Below, piece by piece: positions 22,683-29,888 of a DNA stretch of 37,407 nucleotides. Each line of letters begins with the position of its first letter. The first letter of the stretch is position 1. The stretch is taken from contig JBEDBW010000001.1 of the NCBI GenBank assembly GCA_041177045.1, positions 1 through 37,407 on the forward strand, in the 5' to 3' direction. This DNA comes from Actinomycetota bacterium. GTDB lineage: Bacteria > Actinomycetota > Actinomycetes > Actinomycetales > Microbacteriaceae. The notes below the pieces were generated by a model. That model worked only from the letters and a program-made list of their open reading frames with translations. It had not been told where the DNA came from and searched no databases. Position numbers and translations under genes: made by a program.

Positions 22683-23201
22683 TTAGTGTTCCTCTTGGCT
22701 AAGTTCTTGCAATATATCGCTTAAGCGCTTTCTTGCACGGTTCAGACGTACGCTGACGGTTGCTTTTGAAATCTTTAGAACCAGAGCAATCTCGGCAATA
22801 GAAAGCTCATTCCACGCCAATAGCAAAAGCAACTCCCGATCTTTGGCCTTCATAAGTTGCATGGCCTGGTTCAGGTTCGAATCCTCCAAGACAACTGCTT
22901 CGGCAGATGGTGCGTCTTGAGGAATGAGGTCTTTTAGGTGTCGGTTCCTTGTGCTTAGGCGTCGCTCAAGGTTTCTAATTAGATTGCGAGCTGTGAGAAT
23001 CAGAAAGGGAACAAGAGGGTCATGAGTAGCATCTATTGCTTGTCGTGGAATCTTATGTCTTTTCTGCCATGCAATGGCTATGGCATCTGAACACACATCG
23101 TCCACGTGTTGTTTTTGAGTTCGAGAACTTACATACAAATCCAACGAAGGAATAGCCAAGCGGATGCGATGGGAAAACTCATTTTCATCCACTGACAGCA
23201 A
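22683..23201 (-). CDS. ECF (sigma-24 type) RNA polymerase sigma factor; true start probably GTG 23192
   Basis: Region 2-like VDDVCSDAIAIAW...TARNLIRN and region 4 DRELLLLLAWNELSIAEIALVLKISKATVSVRLNRARKRL. GGGAGG abuts the TTG at 23201 and fits the GTG 9 nt further on. Confidence 0.88.
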   Translation of the reverse strand: MLSVDENEFSHRIRLAIPSLDLYVSSRTQKQHVDDVCSDAIAIAWQKRHKIPRQAIDATHDPLVPFLILTARNLIRNLERRLSTRNRHLKDLIPQDAPSAEAVVLEDSNLNQAMQLMKAKDRELLLLLAWNELSIAEIALVLKISKATVSVRLNRARKRLSDILQELSQEEH

Positions 23202-23261
23202 CCTCCCGTTATTTCCCCTACATAACTAAATGTCTTTAGCCAGCTATATCTTGCAAAAATC

Positions 23262-23486
23262 CTATAAATCTTCTGGTGAACCTGTTTGTTTCACTGCTCG
23301 CTTCTGTTCTTCTACGATTAGCACGGAATTATGTGCAGAAGGGGCGAAAATCTCATTCATTGCGAACATCGCAGAGGTCATTGAACCACCAGGGCGCTTC
23401 TTTGCCTTCTTATTGCGAATTGATGCTGGTATGCCTATGACAAGAGAAATGACAAGAACCGAGCCCAAAACGATCAGAAGCTCCAT
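23262..23486 (-). CDS. Small membrane-anchored hypothetical protein
   Basis: N-terminal TM segment, basic patch, then MNEIFAPSAH..EEQ; fills the gap between co-oriented genes. Confidence 0.6.
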   Translation of the reverse strand: MELLIVLGSVLVISLVIGIPASIRNKKAKKRPGGSMTSAMFAMNEIFAPSAHNSVLIVEEQKRAVKQTGSPEDL

Positions 23487-23494
23487 ATGACTAG

Positions 23495-24142
23495 TTAGTC
23501 CTGTTCAGGTCTTCTCTTGGCAGGTGCTTCTCTGCGGTTTGCTGCAGGAACCCACTTGATGTCGCCACCATGTTTGATGTTTGCGTATCTTGCAAGAACG
23601 AATAGTAGGTCGCTAAGGCGGTTTAGGTACTTCACAGCGGTCAGGCTGACACCACCGTTGGTGTGTCCCTTCTTACCCGGCTCAGTGCCATGTTCTTCAA
23701 TTGCGTGCCAGGTAGCACGTTCTGCTCTTCTAACTACAGTTCGAGCAAGGTGAAGACCAGCAGCTAGACCTGATCCACCAGGAATGATGAAGGAGTCTAG
23801 CTTTTCAAGTTCAGCGTTGTATTTGTCAATTGCTGCTTCTAGAGCATCAATCCAGATGGCATCAACACGAAGAGGTTCATACTCATAGTGTTCGTTCAAA
23901 GGGTTAGATAGGTCTGCACCTAGGTCAAATAGGTCATTCTGAATCTGTGAAAGCAGATCCAGGGTTTCCTTGTCAAACTCGTTTTGAGCCAGCGACACAG
24001 CAACACCAATGGCTGAGTTAGCCTCATCAACATCGGCATAGGCTTCGATGCGTGGGTCTGTCTTTCTAACTCTGCTGAAGTTGCTCAGTCCTGTTAGGCC
24101 TTCATCACCTGTTCGGGTGTATATCTTCGTAAGTTTTACCAT
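23495..24142 (-). CDS. PduO-type cob(I)alamin adenosyltransferase
   Basis: KIYTRTGDEG.T, DVDEANS, QNDLFDLGADL, RTVVRRAER and YLNRLSDLLF. Confidence 0.93.
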   Translation of the reverse strand: MVKLTKIYTRTGDEGLTGLSNFSRVRKTDPRIEAYADVDEANSAIGVAVSLAQNEFDKETLDLLSQIQNDLFDLGADLSNPLNEHYEYEPLRVDAIWIDALEAAIDKYNAELEKLDSFIIPGGSGLAAGLHLARTVVRRAERATWHAIEEHGTEPGKKGHTNGGVSLTAVKYLNRLSDLLFVLARYANIKHGGDIKWVPAANRREAPAKRRPEQD

Positions 24143-24148
24143 GTTCTA

Positions 24149-24158
24149 AGTTTAGGCT
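24149..24158. promoter_or_regulatory. Overlapping divergent -10 elements, both giving leaderless transcripts
   Basis: Plus-strand TAGGCT (24153-24158) is 6 nt before the yaaA ATG; minus-strand TAAACT (24154-24149) is 6 nt before the pduO-like ATG. Neither gene has an SD. Confidence 0.65.
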
Positions 24159-24164
24159 TGTTAG

Positions 24165-24929
24165 ATGCTCCTATTGTTGCCTCCAAGTGAAACCAAGAAG
24201 ATTGGTGGAACCAATCTGACCATAGAACAGGTTCACCTGAGCTACGGTCAACTGAACGAGGCAAGAGATCTGGTCCTAGATGCTCTTATAAAGGTATGTA
24301 GAACCAAGGCTGGGGCAGTGAAGGCTCTGAAGCTAAGCTCTAAGCAACTAGGGGACAGGGAACTGAACCTTGCTATTAGACAAGCTCCAACCATGCCAGC
24401 CTTTGAGAGATATGAAGGCACTTTGTATAAGGCAATCGGGGTAGAAAGCTTCACCCCACATGAAGTCGAGCTCATGAGGGCTAATGTTTTGATTCAAAGT
24501 GCACTATTTGGATTGATTTCAGCAACGGATCGAATCCCTTGGTACAGACTCTCAGCCAACACAGCCCTTCCTAAAGTGAGCATCAAGAAGGTTTGGCAGG
24601 AGCACCAAGGTGCAGCTTTCAACCGATTGGTTGATATGCCGATCATTGACCTTAGGTCTAAGGCTTATGTTGATCTAGCTCCTATTCCTGAGCATCTTGA
24701 TTCCTATTGGGTTGAAGTTGTTGCTGAGGACAGTAAAGGTCAGAGAAGAGCTCTGAACCATTTCAATAAAACTGCTAAAGGTGAATTAGTAGGTGCTTTT
24801 GTGAGAGCAAAACAAGCCCCAAAGACTTTGACTCAACTCAAAGCGGTCGCTAAGAAAGCTGGTTTAGGTTTGGAAGTGGAAGGTAAGACTATCTATCTGA
24901 TTACTTCTGAAGTTATTAGAAAGAAGTAG
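24165..24929 (+). CDS. yaaA: YaaA/UPF0246 peroxide-stress protein
   Basis: MLLLLPPSETK, PAFERYEGTLY, SALFG, IPWYRLS, DLRSKAY and NHFNKTAKG. Confidence 0.88.
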   Translation: MLLLLPPSETKKIGGTNLTIEQVHLSYGQLNEARDLVLDALIKVCRTKAGAVKALKLSSKQLGDRELNLAIRQAPTMPAFERYEGTLYKAIGVESFTPHEVELMRANVLIQSALFGLISATDRIPWYRLSANTALPKVSIKKVWQEHQGAAFNRLVDMPIIDLRSKAYVDLAPIPEHLDSYWVEVVAEDSKGQRRALNHFNKTAKGELVGAFVRAKQAPKTLTQLKAVAKKAGLGLEVEGKTIYLITSEVIRKK

Positions 24930-24935
24930 AACTTC

Positions 24936-25529
24936 TTAGGAAAGTTCTTTCCTGCGGTAGCAGCCAGGTGCATGGTCATTCACAAAACCAGTTGCTTGCA
25001 TAAGCGCATACATAGTTGTTGAACCAACAAAGCCAAACCCAAGTTTCTTGAGGTGCTTGCTGAGCTGATCTGATTCAGGGCTGGTGGCTCGCCATTCAAA
25101 AGAATTAGCTGGGGATGTTCGCTTTGACTTAGCAGGAGCAAAGCTCCAAACAATTTCGCTTATGCTTTCACCTTGTTTCTGTAAGTCAAGTACAAGATTC
25201 GCATTATTGATGGTGCTAATAATCTTGGCTCTATTTCGAATAATTCCAGCATCCAGCATCAGTCTTTCAACATCGGCATCGTTTAGCTTTGCTACTTTTT
25301 TGATGTTGAAGTTGTGGAATGCCTTTCTGAAAGTCTCACGTCTTTTTAGAATAGTTATCCAAGACAGACCTGCTTGAAAACCTTCAAGAGTGATGCGTTC
25401 GAACATCTCTTGGTCTCCAATTACAGGAACACCCCATTCGGTGTCGTGGTAATTGATGTAGAGCTCGTCAACTCCAGCCCACTTGCAGCGATTTAGGCCA
25501 TCGTCGTGCTTTCTTACAAAGTCACTCAT
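24936..25529 (-). CDS. tag: DNA-3-methyladenine glycosylase I
   Basis: RCKWA..YHDTEWG, LEGFQAGLSWITIL, IIRNRAKI and NDHAPGC (zinc ligands). Confidence 0.95.
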   Translation of the reverse strand: MSDFVRKHDDGLNRCKWAGVDELYINYHDTEWGVPVIGDQEMFERITLEGFQAGLSWITILKRRETFRKAFHNFNIKKVAKLNDADVERLMLDAGIIRNRAKIISTINNANLVLDLQKQGESISEIVWSFAPAKSKRTSPANSFEWRATSPESDQLSKHLKKLGFGFVGSTTMYALMQATGFVNDHAPGCYRRKELS

Positions 25530-26014
25530 TCTTTAGACTCGATGCCTTCGAGTTTCAAAAGTATTCTCTTGGTTGGTAGCCCCTTGCCACCCGAGTAACC
25601 AGTAATCTTTCCGCTTGAGCCTAAGACTCTGTGACAACCTACAACAAGGGGGATTGGGTTAGAACCAACAGCTCCACCGACAGCTCTTGCGGCTAGGGGT
25701 TTACCGATTGCTCTGGCAATGTCTGCATAAGTCTTCACTTGACCAAACTTTATCTTTGCAATCTCTTTCCATACTGATCTTTGGAATTCAGTTCCCTTAC
25801 CCAGATCTAGTGGAATGCTGAACTTTGTGAGAGAGCCTGCAAAGTAGGACTCAATCTCTTTTTGAGCTTGCTTGAGCACTGGGCTTGTGTTTGGTGTCGC
25901 TCTAGTGCCTGATACAGCTAAGTCAATGGAGATGACCTTGCCATTATCTTCAGTTACTTTGATCATCCCGATGGGAGAACTGAAGGCGATGTAGTTTTCT
26001 TTGCTTAGTTTCAC
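25526..26014 (-). CDS. ogt: Methylated-DNA--protein-cysteine S-methyltransferase
   Basis: GTEFQRSVW, TYADIA, ARAVGGAVGSNP and GCHRV active site. TATTCT 6 nt upstream suggests a leaderless transcript. Confidence 0.93.
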   Translation of the reverse strand: MKLSKENYIAFSSPIGMIKVTEDNGKVISIDLAVSGTRATPNTSPVLKQAQKEIESYFAGSLTKFSIPLDLGKGTEFQRSVWKEIAKIKFGQVKTYADIARAIGKPLAARAVGGAVGSNPIPLVVGCHRVLGSSGKITGYSGGKGLPTKRILLKLEGIESKE

Positions 26015-26033
26015 CTTTTGAGAATACCGAACT

Positions 26034-26083
26034 AAAAGAAGAACCCGATTATCCGTGGTGCGCGGTGGATAACCGGGTTCTCT
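26034..26083 (-). terminator. Intrinsic terminator after the aminotransferase gene
   Basis: Minus strand reads GAACCCGGTTATCC-N12-GGATAATCGGGTTC (one G-U pair) followed by TTCTTTT. Confidence 0.82.
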
Positions 26084-26097
26084 TGTGAACTTGTGGA

Positions 26098-27606
26098 TTA
26101 CATCAACTCGAACATCTTTCCAGCTTTGGAAAGGCTGTTTCTAAGTGTCTGCTCTAGTTCATCAAACTCCTTCTGACCAATGGTTAGAGGAGGAGCTAGC
26201 TGAACTACAGGGTCGCCACGGTCGTCGGAGCGACAATACAGTCCATTGTCATAAAGGTCATGACTTAGGAACTGACGCAGAAGCTTCTCAGATTCTTTAT
26301 CGTTGAAGGTCTCTCTAGTTGTCTTGTCTCTAACTAGTTCGATTGCGTAGAAGTAACCTGCTCCACGAACATCTCCCACGATAGGCAGATCCTTTAGCTT
26401 CTCCAGTGTCTTCTTGAAAGCACGCTCGTTGCGAGCAACGTTACCTACTAGGTCTTCTTCATCGAAGATGTCTAGGTTCTCAAGAGCCACAGCACAAGCC
26501 ACAGGGTGAGCTGCGAATGTGTAACCGTGAGCGAAGATGTTTGTTCCGGTCTTGAACGGCTCAAACAACTTCTCAGTCAGCATTAGAGCTCCAAGAGGCT
26601 GGTAGGCGGAGGTAATACCCTTTGCACAAACCAACATGTCTGGTTCTAATCCATATCTTTCGCTGGCGAACATGGTTCCAATACGACCAAAACCATCGAT
26701 TGTTTCATCCGCTACCAACAGAACATCGTACTTGTCGCAAATCTCGCGAACACGCTTGAAGTATGAAGGGGGAGAAGTGAAACAACCACCTGAGTTTTGA
26801 ACTGGTTCAATGAAGAACGCAGCTACGGTGTCTGGATCTTCAAACAGAATCATTTCTTCAACTCTGTCTGCTGCCCACATCGCGAACTCTTCTTCGTTCT
26901 TGAAGTCATCCTGAGCTCGGTACCAGTTGGTGTTTGGAACTCTGAATGTGCTTGGAACTAAAGGCTCAAACATCTTCTTCATTGAAGGAATACCAGTTAG
27001 TGACAATGCACCGTGTGATGTTCCGTGGTAAGCAACAGCACGGGTAAGAACCTTGTGCTTTAGTGGCTTGCCAGTCATCTTGAAGTACTGCTTGGCTAGC
27101 TTCCAGGCGGTTTCGTTAGCCTCACCACCACCGGTAGTGAAGAATACGCGAGAAAGGTTCTTCGGAGCATATGAAAGTATGCGTTCCGCTAACTCAATCG
27201 CTGGAGCGTGGGTGTGTGACCAGATTGGGAAGTAATCCAACTTCTTCATCTGCTTTGCTGCTGCTTCGGCTAATCTTTCACGACCGTGACCTACGTTTAC
27301 GGCGAACAGCGATGAAATTCCATCGAAGTACTTCTTGCCGTTAATGTCCCAGAAGTGATGTCCTTCAGCTTTAGTGATGATAGGAATGTCACTCTTCTGA
27401 TATGGGCTGTGACGGGTGAAATGCAAGAACAAATTGTCCTTTGCAGCTTTTTGCAGCATTGCCGGGGTTGCTTCTTTACCAGCTCTACGAGCCTTAAGAA
27501 GCGGAGTGGCTTGGTCGGCTCTTGCTTTGGCCTGCTTTTTAGCAGGAGCCTTGCCTCGCGTAATCGCTGAGACAAGCTTTCGGGCTATGCTCTCCTTGGT
27601 TGCCAT
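26098..27606 (-). CDS. Class-III PLP aminotransferase, probably polyamine (putrescine):pyruvate type
   Basis: FFTTGGGEANE, AYHGT, EPVQNSGG, ADETIDGFGR, CAKG (PLP lysine) and HGYTFAAHP. Substrate is inferred from genomic context. Confidence 0.85.
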   Translation of the reverse strand: MATKESIARKLVSAITRGKAPAKKQAKARADQATPLLKARRAGKEATPAMLQKAAKDNLFLHFTRHSPYQKSDIPIITKAEGHHFWDINGKKYFDGISSLFAVNVGHGRERLAEAAAKQMKKLDYFPIWSHTHAPAIELAERILSYAPKNLSRVFFTTGGGEANETAWKLAKQYFKMTGKPLKHKVLTRAVAYHGTSHGALSLTGIPSMKKMFEPLVPSTFRVPNTNWYRAQDDFKNEEEFAMWAADRVEEMILFEDPDTVAAFFIEPVQNSGGCFTSPPSYFKRVREICDKYDVLLVADETIDGFGRIGTMFASERYGLEPDMLVCAKGITSAYQPLGALMLTEKLFEPFKTGTNIFAHGYTFAAHPVACAVALENLDIFDEEDLVGNVARNERAFKKTLEKLKDLPIVGDVRGAGYFYAIELVRDKTTRETFNDKESEKLLRQFLSHDLYDNGLYCRSDDRGDPVVQLAPPLTIGQKEFDELEQTLRNSLSKAGKMFELM

Positions 27607-27702
27607 TTGATATCACTCTTTACATTTTTATTTGTGTTCCGTTTTTGAATTGCCGATTGGCAATACACTTCGAGCACCACTTTGGTGCCCAAACCTATTT
27701 AG

Positions 27703-28176
27703 TTATCTAACACCCCAGTTATAGAACTGCTTGTGGAGTTTGAGATACACAAAAGTTTCAGTTGAAACCACTTCTGGAAGTGCTCTGATTTTTGTGTTCA
27801 ATACATCGATTAGGTCTTGATCGTTTTCCACTACGACTTCAACCAAGATGTCAAAAGATCCTGCGGTCATAACCACATAGTCTGCTTCAGGCATTGCAGA
27901 GAGCTTGTTTGCTAGTTCTGTCATGTCCCCTGTGCAACGAATACCAATCATTGCCTGGCGATAGAAACCAAGCTGAAGAGGGTCAGTTACAGCCACTACC
28001 TGCATCACGCCTGTGTCATGAAGCTTCTGCATTCTCTGGCGAACAGCTGCTTCACTCAGGCCCACAGCCTTAGCAATCTCGCTGTATGGCTTACGGCCGT
28101 CAATCTGGAGTTGCTCGATGATCTCTTTTGAGATGTCATCGAGAACCGACGCCTTTGCCCGCTCTGTTCTAGCCAT
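27703..28176 (-). CDS. Lrp/AsnC family transcriptional regulator (the ORF-track start at 28293 is over-extended)
   Basis: LDDISKEIIEQLQIDGRKPYSEIAKAVGLSEAAVRQR HTH and TAGSFD effector domain. ATG 28176 has TGC-CAAAAT 6 nt upstream. Confidence 0.92.
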   Translation of the reverse strand: MARTERAKASVLDDISKEIIEQLQIDGRKPYSEIAKAVGLSEAAVRQRMQKLHDTGVMQVVAVTDPLQLGFYRQAMIGIRCTGDMTELANKLSAMPEADYVVMTAGSFDILVEVVVENDQDLIDVLNTKIRALPEVVSTETFVYLKLHKQFYNWGVR

Positions 28177-28178
28177 AC

Positions 28179-28285
28179 TGCGATTTTGGCACACATTTGG
28201 CCATTTCACTTCAGAAATCGCACTAAATTTACCAATTTGGTATAGATTCCGTATCATTTTGGCTTTTTCACCTTCGGATTGGTAC
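28179..28285. promoter_or_regulatory. Putative phased Lrp/FFRP operator array
   Basis: 13-mers at 28179, 28210, 28241 and 28273 with AT-rich centres; spacings 31, 31 and 32 bp. Confidence 0.5.
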
Positions 28286-28369
28286 CTAAACACAGGGCTG
28301 TATTAGTCTTTATTCAACAGAAATACCGATTTTTTATCCTTTTTATAAGGCTCGAAGGAGAGTTTTCAA

Positions 28370-29803
28370 ATGGCTCAGGAACTAAAGAACTTCATCAATG
28401 GAAGCCATGTGGCATCCAAGTCAGGTGAAACCCTAGACATCGTCAACCCTGCTAATGGTGAGGTTTATGCAACCTCCCCAGTATCTAGCGAGAGTGATGT
28501 TGACACTGCTTATAAGGCAGCTGACAAGGCATTCGAGACCTGGAGTCAGACAACTCCTAGTGAGCGTCAACTTGCCCTATTCAGAATCGCTGATGCGCTA
28601 GAGGCAAGAGCTGAAGAGATGGCAGATGTTGAATCTAGAAACACTGGTAAACCACGAAGCACACTTGTTGAGTATGAAGTTATGGTCTCAGTTGATCAGA
28701 TTAGATTCTTTGCAGGTGCTGCAAGAAATCTCGAAGGTAGAGCTACCGCTGAGTATGCCAAAGACCACACCTCGTCAATTCGTAGAGAACCTATTGGTGT
28801 AATCGGACAAGTAACCCCATGGAACTATCCACTGAACATGGCAACTTGGAAGTTTGCTCCAGCAATTGCTGCTGGAAACACCATCGTTCTTAAACCATCT
28901 GATACAACGCCTGCTTCAACATTGTTACTGGCAGAAATTGCTAGTGAGTTCCTCCCTGCAGGTGTGTTCAACGTTGTCACAGGAAACCGCGATACCGGTA
29001 GAGCAATGATTGAACACGAAATTCCACAGATGGTTTCCATTACTGGTTCTGTTAGAGCTGGTATGGAAGTTGCTAAGAGTGCAGCGCTTGATCTAAAGAG
29101 AGTGCACCTTGAACTTGGTGGAAAAGCACCTGTAATTGTTTTTGCAGATGCAGATCTAAAGAAAGCAGCAGCTCAGATTGTTGTTGCTGGTTTCTTCAAC
29201 GCAGGACAAGACTGTACCGCTGCAACTCGTATCTTGGTTCACGAGAGTGTTCACGATGAGTTTGTCGCTTTGCTTACTGAAGAAGTAAAAGCAAACGCAA
29301 TCACTGGAGATCCAAGCAGAGATGACATATTGTTTGGTCCAGTCAACAATGTCAATCAACTGGCTCAGGTAACAGGCTTTATTGACCGCCTGCCAGATCA
29401 CGCGTCTATTGCTATCGGTGGAAAGGCAATTTCAGGAAAGGGATACTTCCACGAAGCAACCGTTCTAACTGGACTGAAGCAGACCGATGAGCACATTCAG
29501 CGTGAAATCTTTGGCCCTGTAGTTACAGTCCAATCTTTCAAGGACGATGCAGAAGCCATGCGTTGGGCAAACGATGTGAAGTATGGTTTGGCTTCATCTG
29601 TATGGACCAGCAACCACACCAGAGCAATGCGTTTCGCCAAGGGCTTGAACTTTGGTTGTGTATGGATCAACACCCACATTCCACTAGCTGCAGAAATGCC
29701 TCACGGTGGTTTCCGTCACTCAGGTTATGGAAAAGATCTTTCAATGTATGGCTTTGAGGACTACACCCGCATCAAGCACGTCATGAGCTACATCGGAGAC
29801 TAG
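28370..29803 (+). CDS. Gamma-aminobutyraldehyde dehydrogenase (ALDH family)
   Basis: TPWNYP, ITGSVRAG, LELGGKAP, NAGQDC (catalytic Cys), EIFGPV and EMPHGG; AAGGAG SD. Confidence 0.9.
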   Translation: MAQELKNFINGSHVASKSGETLDIVNPANGEVYATSPVSSESDVDTAYKAADKAFETWSQTTPSERQLALFRIADALEARAEEMADVESRNTGKPRSTLVEYEVMVSVDQIRFFAGAARNLEGRATAEYAKDHTSSIRREPIGVIGQVTPWNYPLNMATWKFAPAIAAGNTIVLKPSDTTPASTLLLAEIASEFLPAGVFNVVTGNRDTGRAMIEHEIPQMVSITGSVRAGMEVAKSAALDLKRVHLELGGKAPVIVFADADLKKAAAQIVVAGFFNAGQDCTAATRILVHESVHDEFVALLTEEVKANAITGDPSRDDILFGPVNNVNQLAQVTGFIDRLPDHASIAIGGKAISGKGYFHEATVLTGLKQTDEHIQREIFGPVVTVQSFKDDAEAMRWANDVKYGLASSVWTSNHTRAMRFAKGLNFGCVWINTHIPLAAEMPHGGFRHSGYGKDLSMYGFEDYTRIKHVMSYIGD

Positions 29804-29816
29804 TTTCTAACTAAAG

Positions 29817-29861
29817 AACTAACTGCCCGTTATCCACATAAAGATAACGGGCATTAGTTTT
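29817..29861 (+). terminator. Intrinsic terminator after the aldehyde dehydrogenase gene
   Basis: TGCCCGTTATC-CACATAAA-GATAACGGGCA perfect 11-bp stem followed by TTAGTTTT. Confidence 0.8.
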
Positions 29862-29888
29862 ACCCTGTGATTAGGGCACCATCTAATC

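Noticed and set aside
23230-23490. 86-aa plus-strand ORF
   Set aside because: Antisense to the more plausible 74-aa TM gene that is co-oriented with its neighbours.
25620-25650. Ogt active site GCHR instead of PCHR as a possible alkyltransferase-like (ATL) protein
   Set aside because: The catalytic Cys is retained, whereas ATLs replace it; minor variant.
28177-28293. 39-aa N-terminal extension of the Lrp regulator in the ORF track
   Set aside because: Overlaps the divergent promoter/operator region; the HTH begins just after ATG 28176, which has its own -10.
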